From Anthoceros angustus (taxonomy: Eukaryota; Plantae; Anthocerotophyta): a stretch of 64,000 nucleotides of DNA. Position 1 is the first letter of the stretch. Each line of letters starts with the position of its first letter. The DNA lies in contig MU008205.1 of assembly GCA_010909165.1 (NCBI GenBank), positions 62,001 through 126,000 of the forward strand, read 5' to 3'. A program made the position numbers and the translations under genes. Shown here one piece after another: positions 1 to 11,841 of the stretch. The notes under the pieces were generated by a model that saw nothing but the letters and a program-made list of their open reading frames with translations, ran no database searches and had not been told where the DNA came from.

Positions 1-448
1 GGTCACGACCCAGTACCCGATCTGTCCACCCAGCACAACACCGGAGGGGTGAGATTGCCTCTCTATACCATCTGCCTGCCTAGCCCGAGTGCGCCGACGC
101 CAGCAGCTTGCGACTGGCAGTTGCTCGTCCACCAGCTCCTGGGCCTTTTGTTTCGTGGCCTTTCACGTGAAGCTCGTGACGAGAAACGAGCCATACAGGG
201 TAGTTGCATAGGTATATAATGAGCAGACAATTAAAAAATTACATCACGTCTGGTATTTGTTGCCATTTTCCCCGTTGGTGCTTGGGACAGCGGCACGGGA
301 GGCAGATGGGATGCATCACGAAACGGGCGGCTATCGGTTGTCACTGATGATCAACGTTGGCGAGGAATGATAACGGGTGCTTATTAGAGGAGCTGGAAGT
401 GGGGAGTGAGGAATTTCGTCGTTCGTCGCTCTGTCGGCTCATAACAAG

Positions 449-1475
449 ATGAGGAATGTCGATGGCCAGGACGATGATGATGATGGAGTGCAGCCGAAGA
501 AGAGAAAACTGACCAAATCCGCTTCCAGGAGTTCGTTGGACCAGTTTGGAGGCGAGTTGGACTCTCCTACTGCTTCTCTGTCGCAGATGTCAGCTGGGGG
601 TTCAGAAGGAGGATGGGACGAAGGACCCTCAGGTGGAGGAGGCGGAGGAGCGGCGAGTAAGGCAGCTGCGAACAAGGGCAAGGGTAAGAAGGTGGCAAAA
701 CCTTCTAGTCCTTTGAACAGCGATGACGAAGGTGAGCTACCGCCACTGTCACAGAATTCAGGGGGAAAAGGGTTGAAAGATGAGGAGGAGGAGGAGGAAG
801 AGGAGAACGTGGACCAAGAGTTCGCTAAGCAGAGTACCAGAGAAAAAGACAAGATAAAGTAAGAGGTCGGAGATGTCCACTGGTGCCGTGCAAGATTATC
901 TCGCCCTATCTTGTCTTTGTTGCTTCTTCCTGCTGCTAATCCTTGTCTTCCGACTTTGCAGCGCTGTTATGGTAAAATTCACACCCGACCAGATGAGTCG
1001 GTATGAATGCTATCGTCGTTCTGGTTTTCAGCGGTCCAACATGCGGCGGGTATGTGTCTTGCCTTTCTCCCTGGCTGGTTAAGTGTGAAGTCCGATGTTC
1101 CATGTGATCAATTTCTGGATCGCAATATGTACGTGCTGTGTGACCATCTGAGAAGTGAGTTGTTGCGCAGCTGCTATCAAGCGTGGCAGGGTGTCCAATC
1201 TCTGTGCCTATGACGATTGTTATGTCAGGAATTGCCAAGATGTTTGTTGGAGAGCTTGTGGAGACGGGTAAGTAGTGTGTTTGTTTTCCTTGGCCTTTCT
1301 GTGTCTTTCACCATGCTGGTTACTGATTGATGTGCCTTAAGGTGCAGGGAGAACAGTGATGACAGAGAGAAAGGACACTGGTCCCATTCGGCCTTGTCAT
1401 ATTCGAGAGGCTTACAGGCGTTTGAAGCTGGAGAACAAGGTGCCTTTGAAGCATCGTCCCAGGCTTTTCAGATAG
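449..1475 (+). CDS. TAF11: TFIID subunit 11 (TAFII28-like), 4 exons
   Basis: Acidic low-complexity N-terminus, then spliced exons FTPDQMSRYECYRRSGFQRSNMRR / LLSSVAGCPISVPMTIVMSGIAKMFVGELVET / RTVMTERKDTGPIRPCHIREAYRRL, matching the TAF11 histone fold. GT-AG introns; TAG at 1473-1475. Confidence 0.9.
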
Positions 1476-1731
1476 CAAGACTTTGTTTCATAGTACCTAC
1501 TCCAACTCGTTGCACTCTGTACCATTTATTCAAACTGAGCAACTTATTCAAACTGTTTAATTCCGTTGTGACTATTCAATTTCGAATCAATTCATGAGAG
1601 TTGCAAGTTGGACCTCGCCGAGGACCCAGCAAAAATTGTTAAATTAACAGACCTAATCTCCTACCGAGGGCACAAGAAAGGCAACCTCCAGGTTGCCCCA
1701 GAGGCACGCGGATCGCCTGAGGGATAAGCTG

Positions 1732-4087
1732 TCATACATAACCCACGCCGGGCAGTGGCTTGACGTATCGGCCGACAGCCTTCTGTCTATAACGGGTGCG
1801 CATGCGAGCAATCCGTTCCTTGTTTTTCTGTTTCCTGTCCATTTTCTCCTGAAGCCTTCCAAGCCTTTCCCTATCAACCATTCCTTGCCAAAATACTTCC
1901 CCAGTTTTAGGCCAGAGCCAATTTCTGGAAGTGCCATTTACATCAGCGAATTCCGCGAGGTCTTCATCCATTGCCTTCAACGTTGTCAGATTAAACCATT
2001 GAACCCACATAAGCCCTTGCCGCCATTTCATATCGTGAACCTCCTGCATGACACCTGTCTTTGGGTTCACATAGATGAGTTTCCTGGCGCTGTGATACGC
2101 CCACACGTTGACAATTCCTTCAAGTAAATTACAATAACAGTGCCGAGCCTGGCAACAACGTATGACACAGAGCAGTGAGTTTCAGGGTCAAGTACACATT
2201 GCGTTTACTAACAAGCACAGAAGGTACCTTCGTTACGCCTAACTGGCATTCACCACGGTCATGGTGTGCTGTATAATATAATTCATCCAAAGCATCTACG
2301 AACATCCTGCATACTCACAGCGTAAGCCGATATTCACATAGAAGAGAGTAGTGCAGAACTTGGAAGCAAACAGCACACAGCAATTACAGAACGTAAATAC
2401 CATACCTAACAAACATCACAAGCTCTACAAAAGAGGAGGTAGGCATAACCCAACAATGCATGCCTGGCCATTTACTACTCTCAGATATCATAGACGGCAA
2501 CTTTGTCCAACTTTCCGGCAATCCATACATCTGCTTCAATGCTGCAAGAAACACGGGTCTGCATAGGAAAAGTGACAACATCAGTTAGAGAGATTGTACA
2601 TAGCGCGAGGGATGTGGGGGCACAAGGCACAAAGGGGCAACACGCTTTCGTTGCTTAACAATGAGAATACGACAACTTGCCTGCAATTTCCAGCATTCAC
2701 ACTGTCGCAAAGTTTCCAGTAATCATAATGTTCCCTTTGCTCACTGGGACGATGTTCTGTTCCAGCTTCAGCCCAGAAGTAGACTGTGTCACCATCAACC
2801 CCATCGGTCAGCCTTTCAATTAACTTGATCTCAGCCGCTTCCGATAAAGCAACCTGGCAAAGTTCGTCATTCACAGAGCAGAAGACAACAGATTCAGAAC
2901 ATCAAACTGCAAGACAGCAGGGAAATCTGCCTGGACAGACTGCCGATTACTACGGTGAAGCAAACCACAGATGCACCAGAGAATTGAACAACCTGTTGGC
3001 CTTCCAGGGCTCAAACTCACCTACTGATACGAGCAAAATCAAGAATTTCTTCATTCATCCAAGCACTCCAACTTCCATTCCCCTCACAGCTGAACTTGAC
3101 TTGCCTTTCTACCAGCTGCTCGCCAGGGTTGGAAGCCAATCCAATCATTCTTGTGGACGCGGTCGATTCTGTGGGCAATTGCAAAGAGGCCAGCATAGTC
3201 GCAGAGCAGATCGAGATAATAAGATTCATTCAGAGACGGAAGTCTCAGTGATGCATCGACATCATCCCCTCCAGGTCTTCTGCCTTTCGTTGACTGAAAC
3301 AGCCACCGATCACCTGTGAGACTGAGTTTCACCAGACTGAAGCCGCAGAGAGAAATAACCCTTGCCAAACAAAGGGGATCCAGAAAGGCAGTGAGCCAAC
3401 TGTGAAACAAGTCTTGCACACAAGAAACTTACAAGACTGAGACCTCGATAAAGAGGTTTGCTTTGATGCAGATAGGGCCAAGCTGATTGCCCTGAATAAA
3501 TTTCGTATATACATAACGGCTGACCAGAACGTTCAAGTTCACCATCGTCCCTTTCATGGAGCTCCTCCTTCTCGGATTTTCTAACTATGCGGTTCACTTC
3601 CTCCCAGCTTCTGCGATTCTGCTCTGACCTCTCCTGGAACTGGTCACGATGACAAGAACATCTCAGCCACGACTGCAGCGGACCTCATGCGCCAACTCAA
3701 GCAGTAAAGACAACCTCAGACCTCCTCTTCCTCGGCCTCCGCTTTAATGCGCTCCAGCTCCGACACTCTCATAGCCTCGAACTCCTCAGCCCTGACGGCC
3801 GTGAAGTCCTCTTTCAGCAGCGAGGCATCATCGACGATTTGCGGAGCGTCATCGGCGCTCCGTCCGTCCCTCACCAGATTAGCTGAGGAGCCGGGATGCA
3901 CCACGATCACGCGCGATCCGTCCTCCCGCACAACAAACTCGGACGGAATGAGCCTGCCCTGTAGCAGCACGCTGAGGATGAAGCAGGAGGCAATGACCAG
4001 CAGGGGCACTCCGGAGTAGAGCTTGGTGTGCCAGCCGCACATGCTTGCGCCATGCCGTGCCCTGCCTACCCTCTCCTTCACCGGCAT
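1732..4087 (-). CDS. Type II membrane protein homologous to the C-terminal region of At5g04480/At4g01210-type glycosyltransferase-family proteins (multi-exon)
   Basis: Exons ERDDGELERSGQPLCIYEIYSG..AWPYLH..LYRGLSL, QMYGLP..LPSM..W..MHCWVMPTSSFVELVMF and WAYHSARKLIYVNP..WVQWFNLTTLKAMDEDLAE..WLWPKTGEVFWQG; N-terminal TM (GVPLLVIASCFILSVLL). Start codon uncertain (4042/4087). Confidence 0.75.
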
Positions 4088-4851
4088 GGCTCCGCTCCCA
4101 GATCTGCCGCGCAGAGACCCCTCATCGCCGCCGCAGCCTCGACATGCTTGCCCTCCCAAGCCGTGGCCCTGCTGCCCGCTGCATCACGCCCCGGCGCGCT
4201 CCACGGCACGGGCTGGCCTGCCAGAACATGCGGATAATGTGGAGCTGTAATGTGGCAGAGCAGAGTCGCTGTACCAACTTGCGATCATTTCAGCTTCAGG
4301 CTGCGAATCTTTCTATAGTGTGGCACGTCCTTGACATGTGTCTTCCGCAAACATACATACATACCTACGTACCTACCGGTATTCACATTTTGTAATTGGT
4401 GTTGGACCTACCCAGGTACTCCCCGATCCCGACCCCCGCCTTCGTTCCAACTTCCAACACCAGGCACCAGCCAAGACGGCTCTCTCTCTAGGCTATGAAT
4501 TGAAAGTTGATTTCACGGAATTCTGGAAGCGTAGGCAATCGGGGACGAGCAGGCGGGCCTGCGGTGAGCACCACATGGGTAGGATAGTGAAGGTGGAAGA
4601 GCGGCAGGCATCGGCGGCTAGTGGGCAGGGCGCCCTCATGCAGGGTCTGGCGCAGAGCCTTGTGGACGACCGAGAGCCGGCGGGAAATCGGGGATGCTGG
4701 ATCTCTTGCAGGCGGATCAGACAGGGGACCAGCGGCTGAGGAGCACCGGCTGCGGCGGAGCCGGAGCCAGGAGCCGCGGGCTGTGCAGCAGCAAGGGCAG
4801 GTTGTGCGGCACACGGTTCACCGGAGGCCAGGCTTGCCGAGCCAGTCCGTC

Positions 4852-5043
4852 ATGGGAAGCTACTACCCGGACCCTGTGTCGCAGCAGCTGCAGGAGCTTA
4901 TCGACCAGGAGCTTAACCGTCAGATCAACGAGCACGTCAATCGGGAGATTGAGCGGCAGATGCAGGAGCAGCTTCAGCGGTACATTGACCAGGAAATGGA
5001 GCAGCAGATTATGCAGCAGGTTATGGCTGTGAGGGGTCTTTGA
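4852..5043 (+). CDS. Putative small Gln/Glu-rich helical protein (63 aa, or the last exon of a longer gene)
   Basis: GC3-rich ORF MGSYYPDPVSQQLQELIDQELNRQINEHVNREIERQMQEQLQRYIDQEMEQQIMQQVMAVRGL; no family recognised. Confidence 0.3.
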   Translation: MGSYYPDPVSQQLQELIDQELNRQINEHVNREIERQMQEQLQRYIDQEMEQQIMQQVMAVRGL

Positions 5044-6309
5044 AGGAGCAATTGTTGCGTTGCGCGGGTGGAGATAGGAGTTGTGGCAGACGGGGCTGTA
5101 GTCGGTCTCTCGAATTAGGGTTAATTCTTGGCGAACGATGTGTTCTGGACTGGAGTTGTCATGTCGGGCAGCAGTGGGCAAGGGGCACTCGCTAGGCACG
5201 TTGCGACCCTTTCTTCCTCTAGCTGGGTTTCAGGGAGTTCGAATGGCTCCTGGTAGGTCTTGCATCGTGCTTGGCTTTCACATGTGCCATACTTTGTTCT
5301 CTTGTCATTGGTATATTTTGCCGTGATGATCCGCTTTTGCTTACCTTGTGTCGGTTGCTTGTCCAGATTATTGACGCCCAGTCTGTGGAATTGCCTTGGC
5401 TTCGCGTTTTGTGGAGTGGATACATAGCATTGTATAGCACTGATTTTGGAGGGTCGCCACGTCTCTCCAAACACGGGACATGCGGATCTATTTGTGAAAT
5501 GTCGCGTGTCCTGTTGCGTTTTCATCGATTGGACGTGCACGTGGGACAACGTGCTTTGTACATTGCCTTTATTGTCGTCCGCTCCTTATGTCACTGTCCT
5601 CGTTCCGGGGTTGCTTTTCAAATTCGCATGCAGTGCATTGTGTCTCTTTCTTCCTTGTACATACCTAGGGCTTCTGCGTCAGTGGTCCATACTGTACCTG
5701 GGGGTGCGTGTTCACGCTCTCCCCAGGGGAATGAAAGTCCCCTTCATGCGTCGTGCCAGACATGCAATGCACAGAGGCAAGGGCACCTACGGGTCTCTTT
5801 CCCAAAACTAGTGGGTGCATCAGGACGGAGGTTATCATTAGCAAGAAAAGGAGATCCATATGAACTGCCAAAAAACTTGGAACATGAAAGGCAGCAGAGA
5901 ACATTCGGGGCCTGTGATTCCAACATGTGGTTGGAACAGTTTGGGAGGTGGAATCACACTGGGGCCACAGGCATCGGATTGAAAATGCCCATCAGGCGCC
6001 AGGCCACAGACGCCACAGAAGTGTCGGGAGTGAAAACAAATGCCGCTGGCTGATATTGGATTAGCTGGGAAACTTCCACCTGATGGATCCAGCCCTAAAA
6101 TCCAGCTCGGCCAAGACCTGGATATTGACAAGCCCGCCTGCATTTGCATTTTGAAAGGGTCTCCAGAACCGAACCGTATGACGCAAAGTCATCTGGCAGT
6201 CGAATGTCAAACCACACAACCTTCAGCATTCCTCTGCGGAGCATTTCACGCCAGAGGAGCCCTCAGCCAATCAAAAATTCGAAATTAGCTCCAGGCAGCT
6301 GCCAAGAGG

Positions 6310-8244
6310 TCAGGGCAAAGCTATGTCCTTCGCCTCTGTGACCTCAGAAGAGTTGCAGGCCACTCCAGATGTGTCTACGGTAATGTTGGCATCCTTCAAA
6401 AGCCTGCGCGTGACTTCATTTGCATCACAACCAACCTCTTGCATTTCTTGGAAGACTAGAGTTGCCTCATCTCCAGCTCCTGACCAAATTAATGCTTCAA
6501 GAATCAGGTTGCAGATGTCGAGAAGAGGAAAGCCCCTGCCAGTCTTGACATCCTTCAAGAATTTTAGGGCCTCCTGAGCAAAAGCTTTCTTGCCCACGGA
6601 ACCAATAATGAAATTGAAGGTGCAGATGTCAGGACGGAAACTAGCCTCTTGCATATGATTAAGTGTAGCAAATACTTCAGCAACCAGCCCTTCCCTGGCA
6701 AGCCCATTGATCAGGGTTTTGAGGGTAACCTCATCCGCATCAAGCGCTCTTTCCCTCATCTCACTCAGCAATCTAAAGGCGATATGTGACGCATCTGCCT
6801 TTGTGAAGCTGTCAATAAGAGTGGAGTACATAGTGACACGAGGCTTACATCCTATTGCTTTCATTCCCTCAAACACATGAAGTGCTTCTTCCGTTCTCCC
6901 TAGGTCACAGAACCCTGTGATGATTGTGCAATACAAATCCATGTCACGAACTAGGCTTTGGACCTTCATCTCTTCAAAAAGTTTGAAGGCCTCATCTATT
7001 TCGCCGCTCCGTTTCAGGTGACCAATCAGGGCCGTGCAGCTGGACACACTGGGAAACAGATCCCTCTTTCTCATCTCCTGAACCACTTTGAACGCTTCCT
7101 TAGGTCTGTCCAACTTGATAGAGGCAGCAATCTGCATATTATAGGCTGGGAGATACGGAGTGCAGGCCGACTTTCTCAACTTTTGATAGGTGTCAAAAAC
7201 CGCTGCCGAATCATTTTGACCTTCAAGCGCTTGCATCATGGTGGTGTAAGCCTTGGTATCAAGAACGCAACCTTCCTCAACCATTTCCTTAAACACCCTG
7301 CGAGTGTTATGGTAATCCTTCGCCTTCACCAGCATTTGCAGGAGGCAGTTGTACGCTACGATATCTGGGAAGTAACCTATGTCCTTCAACTTCTCATATG
7401 TCTCCAGGGCATCCTCAACCCGTTCATAGCTCCTCAAAATAGGCGCATACACTAGCTTAGTAAGCTTTTCAGCCTCTTGCTGTTTCCTCTCCAGCAGCTC
7501 CCATACGTCCTGGTACCTTTTCTTGCTCAACAACATCTTGATCATGTACTGATACAAGTTGAGAGTAGGTTTACATCCTTCTTGTTGCCCTGCCCACCAG
7601 AAAAACTTGAGTGCCACTCTAGGATCCTTCTGGTGTTCCAGTATCATGTGTATCCGGCGGGTATTCAACGCTATTGCCAAGGGCTCTAAGTCCTCAATAG
7701 TTTTGGCTCCCCAGCCTTGCTCCTTCAAAATATTTCGCACAAGGGTGACATAATCACGTGTCTTCCACACGCTTTTGATAGCCACCTCCTTCCTCAGTCT
7801 TAACCTCTGCTTTTCCTGCCTAGCGTACTTGAGAGCTTGGCGAGGGGTAGTGGGCTTCTTCTTCTTGTAATGCTTGCCTACCTTGTCAGCAGCAGCACCA
7901 AAATCTCTGACTTGAATTGCTAAAGCGCCTGAAACCCGGCCTCTGATAATCCTAACAATGCCTCTACTAGAAACCCAAGTACGTGGAGCCGGCATTTCGA
8001 CATTCGGACTGAGCACAGAACTAGAAGGTGTAGACAGGAAGAGCTCTCTGCCAAACCAAGCCTGGGGTGGCCCCATTGATGCATGCTTGAAGATCGTAGC
8101 CCCCAGACCACAGCTGCCATCGCCTAGAACTGCCCAAAACTTGTTGGAAAATCCAGCTGCAGGCCCATTGCTTGCAAGACGAACAAGACTGCTGGTTTTC
8201 GTCACTCGCAGGCATTTGCAGAGCCAGGACAATCCACCCATCAC
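6310..8244 (-). CDS. P-type pentatricopeptide repeat protein
   Basis: 644-aa intronless ORF with ALKFFWWAGQQEG followed by about ten 35-aa PPR motifs (e.g. PDIVAYNCLLQMLVKAKDYHNTRRVFKEMVEEGC). No E/DYW extension seen. Confidence 0.9.
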   Translation of the reverse strand: MMGGLSWLCKCLRVTKTSSLVRLASNGPAAGFSNKFWAVLGDGSCGLGATIFKHASMGPPQAWFGRELFLSTPSSSVLSPNVEMPAPRTWVSSRGIVRIIRGRVSGALAIQVRDFGAAADKVGKHYKKKKPTTPRQALKYARQEKQRLRLRKEVAIKSVWKTRDYVTLVRNILKEQGWGAKTIEDLEPLAIALNTRRIHMILEHQKDPRVALKFFWWAGQQEGCKPTLNLYQYMIKMLLSKKRYQDVWELLERKQQEAEKLTKLVYAPILRSYERVEDALETYEKLKDIGYFPDIVAYNCLLQMLVKAKDYHNTRRVFKEMVEEGCVLDTKAYTTMMQALEGQNDSAAVFDTYQKLRKSACTPYLPAYNMQIAASIKLDRPKEAFKVVQEMRKRDLFPSVSSCTALIGHLKRSGEIDEAFKLFEEMKVQSLVRDMDLYCTIITGFCDLGRTEEALHVFEGMKAIGCKPRVTMYSTLIDSFTKADASHIAFRLLSEMRERALDADEVTLKTLINGLAREGLVAEVFATLNHMQEASFRPDICTFNFIIGSVGKKAFAQEALKFLKDVKTGRGFPLLDICNLILEALIWSGAGDEATLVFQEMQEVGCDANEVTRRLLKDANITVDTSGVACNSSEVTEAKDIALP

Positions 8245-8480
8245 AGCCTTGAATTTACATCACGAAAACGGTTTCATAATCGATTGAAGGGTAGGCCCCT
8301 GCAAGCAATCAACCATCACGTTTCATCAACTCCATTGCCATAATCCTGCTCTAACTCGCAAGGCTGCATTGTGCAAGCAGATCGATGGACACATTCTGCG
8401 TGAGGGTTTAAGCAAGGAACATGCTGGGGTAGAAAGGGGTTTATCTATCTGGTTGCCCTTTACAGCGTTTAGGGTCCAGC

Positions 8481-8488
8481 TAGGGTTT
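8481..8488. promoter_or_regulatory. Telo-box (TAGGGTTT) in the divergent PPR/eIF3K promoter
   Basis: Exact motif 200 bp upstream of the eIF3K ATG; telo-boxes are typical of plant translation-machinery genes. Confidence 0.3.
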
Positions 8489-8680
8489 CATTTTCTCTTC
8501 CCTTCTGCGACGAATCCTCACGCGGAAGGAGTTTATCTGGTTGTGCAATCCAAAGTTGGGTGAACTTTGTGCTCGCCTCTGTCCTTCCTTTCTGTTTTTT
8601 TTGGGTTCCACCCGGGGTTTAAGGTCGGCGATTCTCCACCCCTTCTGTTGCGTTGGGCCAACTGTGGAGCGGAAGGAACC

Positions 8681-10218
8681 ATGCCTGGAGCTCAGCAGCA
8701 TATCACGGTGGAGCAGCTTGTGCAGCTGAATCCTTACAACCCCGACATTGTCCCGGACTTGGAGAACTATGTCCATGAACAGGTAGGCCATCGAATGCTA
8801 TCCTCGTATGCGTTCCCCTAGGGGACATTCACGTCTGCCAGGTTCAACCAAGAACTGCGCAATGCCGTGTTGAGTGATCAACCAGTTTAGGTCATTGCGG
8901 ACTCTGCGGCATGGCACCTAAGTTTCCGTCTCGATATGCAGGTTGCAACGCAGGCCTACAGTTTGGATGCAAATCTCTGCCTCTTACGCTTCTACCAGGT
9001 TGGTTGCTTGTATATGGGGCCTTGTGGTTGAGGTGTGCTCCGGTCTAGTTTTCTGATTCCCTGGCTGGCTGCAGTTTGAGCCATCCCGGTTGAATGTTCA
9101 CATCGTCACGAAAGTTTTGGTGAAGGTGAGCTTTTTCTCTTTCCGGAAGGACTTTGGTATTGTTTGGCATTCGTAGGCGACTCCTTTTTTGTGCTCCAAG
9201 TGTGGCGTTCATTTTCGTTGTCTGCTGCTCATGTTGTGATCCGATGTACCGTTTCTCTGATTCAGGCTCTCATGGCTCTGCCATCCCCGGACTTCAACTT
9301 GTGCATGTGCCTTATTCCTGAACGGCTGGTATCCTGTCAAAGTGTTGAATAGTTTTTTCTTTTTGTGCGTTTCTCTGGTGCTTGAGAAATGAGCATGGGT
9401 GGTATCTGTGCTGTTCTCCATCCATTTTTCTTAACCGATAATTTCAGCAAATGGAGGAGTCATTTCTGACACTTGCCACACTGGCGCATTTCCTGGAGGT
9501 ATGGCAAGATTTGTGTATAAGTTTCTTGTTGCAAATCTGCGTACCACGGGCCTTCTGGATCCTTTTTGACAGCCTTATTTCTCCGACGTCTCTGCAGACT
9601 GCGAAGTTTCGGGAATTCTGGGATGAAGCCAACAGAAATAGGGACATCCTGGAAGCTGTACCAGGTGAGGGGAAAACTCAAGGCCTTGCTCTTTTTTCCT
9701 TCCTGTACCCTGCTGCTATCTTACGCCTTCTGTTGCCTCTATCTTCTTGGCAGGGTTCGAGGCTGCTATTCAGCAGTTTGCCATCCATGTGCTATCTCTG
9801 ACATATCAAAGACTACCACGGCAAATTCTCGCTGAGGTCTGCTTTCACTGCTATGTGAAATCAGTCCCTGAGGTCTGTTGCTTTGTTACTTGAGGTGACC
9901 TCTCGCATCGATGTGCAGGCCATCAACGTGGAAGGTGTTTCCCTGGACAAGTTTCTAGAGAACCGTGGCTGGCCTCTTGAGAAGGGCCATTCTGGGCAGG
10001 TACAGTCGTCTGTCACGTTTCCTGCTCCTGACCTGCCACCATCTTTCCACCGCAAGCTCTGTTCTAGAGTGTTATCCACCACACTCACGACAATCGTTGT
10101 CATCCTGCAGCTGATCGTGCTTCCGCAGAACGAGCATAATCATCCAGTATCAAGGAAGAATGCCGCAGACAGCATCCCCCTGGAGCAGGTGGCCAAACTT
10201 TTCCCACTGCTCGTCTAG
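8681..10218 (+). CDS. eIF3K: Eukaryotic translation initiation factor 3 subunit K (multi-exon)
   Basis: VEQLVQLNPYNPDIVPDLENYVHEQV / YSLDANLCLLRFYQ / ALMALPSPDFNLCMCLIPE / TAKFREFWDEA / LIVLPQNEHNHP..IPLEQVAKLFPLLV*, with GT-AG introns. Confidence 0.9.
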
Positions 10219-10998
10219 GACAAGCAGGATGAGCTCCGTGTACCAAGTAGGATCAGCTTCGTGCATCAAGCAGGCTTCGGCGTATAGGAGAGAGGTTCAG
10301 ACAGTGGGTGGAGGAAGGCGTCGATGACACCTTCCGAGATTTTGTTGAGGACACTATTTCCAGGCTCGATTTGGAGCTTTTGTCATCTCGTGTCTATTTA
10401 CGTGTATAAGTCTGACTCGATCGTGTTCTGTGGACTGGACATGGGCTGAGAAGAAGGAAACTGGTTACCAAGAAACTGGCAAGAATGCCAAGTTGTGCCC
10501 CACGTTGGTGCGACCGGATGCGATGTCAGATCAGGCTCCCTGGCTTCGAGGCTTGTGCATTGAAGCATTGGCCAATGGGGCGAAGTGGGGCCTTTTATCA
10601 TTCAACGCGGAAGTTATTTCGGGAATGTTGGATCCAAGTGGGATGGCGCTGCGTTGCAGTTGCAAGCGAGGCGATGACAGTTGTCGCTTGCCACGGACAA
10701 CGCTCCGGATGGCCGCCGGGGTCCACGCGGTGTGCTCCTTCCTTGCCTGCCTACCAAGACAGCTCAAAATCGTGCGTGTTGCTCGGTGCCCATTCAAGTT
10801 CCCCGACGTCCCCCGGCCCTGCTATCGGCGTCGCATTGCGGTCTGTGTCTCTTCGGCCAGAAGTTTGTCCTGAAGCAGGTCTGGGTTGCACGGATTCTGT
10901 CCCCGCACCGGTCATCACGACTGCTCCCGCTTTGTGCTCTGGGATCTGTACGTCTAGACTGGGCCTGGTGCTGCCGAGGTGATCTCGGGGGAGGAACG

Positions 10999-11841
10999 AT
11001 GGAGTACTGCAGGCACAGACGGAGACCGCACTCCCGGCGATGGCTCGCTTCATCGGGGCCTCCGCTGATGTTGCGAGCTTCGTTCTTGCTTCTCGCCTTC
11101 CTGTCGCTGAGCTGCAGCCGATCGAATGGGGCAAGGATCTTGGAGGGGTTTTATACTGGTGAACACCGCCTCGCAGAGAGAACTGGTGACTCCTGTGTGC
11201 ACGTGTTTAGTGTGATTGTGAACTTCGTGATGAGCGGATATGGTGGCTGGTGGCTGGTGAGCCGGACGATGTCCTTCCGGTGATGAGCGGGATGTTTGAC
11301 CTATTCGTGCTGCATTCTCACGACGTGGTGTGCTGCTTTGTGCAGAGGAGTTTGGAGTAGCGGATGCTTCCCATACAGATCAGCTAGGAGTGCCGCCGGT
11401 AGGTGTCTGGAGTGGACACACTGTTTTGGACTGCTTGTAGGTGTTCTTCCTGCCTGCAGGCACTCATGTTTCGTTCTGCGGTTGGCTGGACAGTTGCACA
11501 AAGATCGTGACGAGTATGAGGAGGAGGTTCCCAGGGGAGGCCACTCCCTGTTGCGGGGAGTGTCCTTGAAGGAGGAGAATGGTCAAGGGGATATCCGGAG
11601 GCTGCCTCCCTCTCCCCCTATCCCGCACGATGTTAATCCGTGTCCTGCACCTCCACCTCCTGACGTGCAAGGTTACATGTTCTCTTCACGGCCGCCTCCA
11701 CCGCCACCGGGTAAGGACAAGGACAAGGACAAGGACAAGGATAAGGATAAGGAGGACAAAGAGGATAAGAGGGGAACGACGGGCGACAACAGTCTGCTTC
11801 CTCCCTCTCCTAGTCCCGGCTGCACCGTACCAGATACATGA
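10999..11841 (+). CDS. Putative secreted Pro-rich precursor protein, 3 exons
   Basis: Hydrophobic signal-like stretch RASFLLLAFLSLSCSRSNGARILE; plausible introns at ~11159-11345 and ~11399-11493; last exon has PPSPP motifs, a (KD)n run and C-terminal LLPPSPSPGCTVPDT. Confidence 0.45.
11713..11770 (+). repeat. Hexamer microsatellite (AAGGAC)n encoding a KD run
   Basis: aaggacaaggacaaggacaaggacaaggataaggataag visible directly. Confidence 0.85.

Noticed and set aside
2786-3319. 177-aa plus-strand ORF
   Set aside because: Antisense shadow of the minus-strand glycosyltransferase-family gene.
5271-6288. 260-aa and neighbouring ORFs
   Set aside because: Non-ATG start, no recognisable motif, no coherent exon structure.
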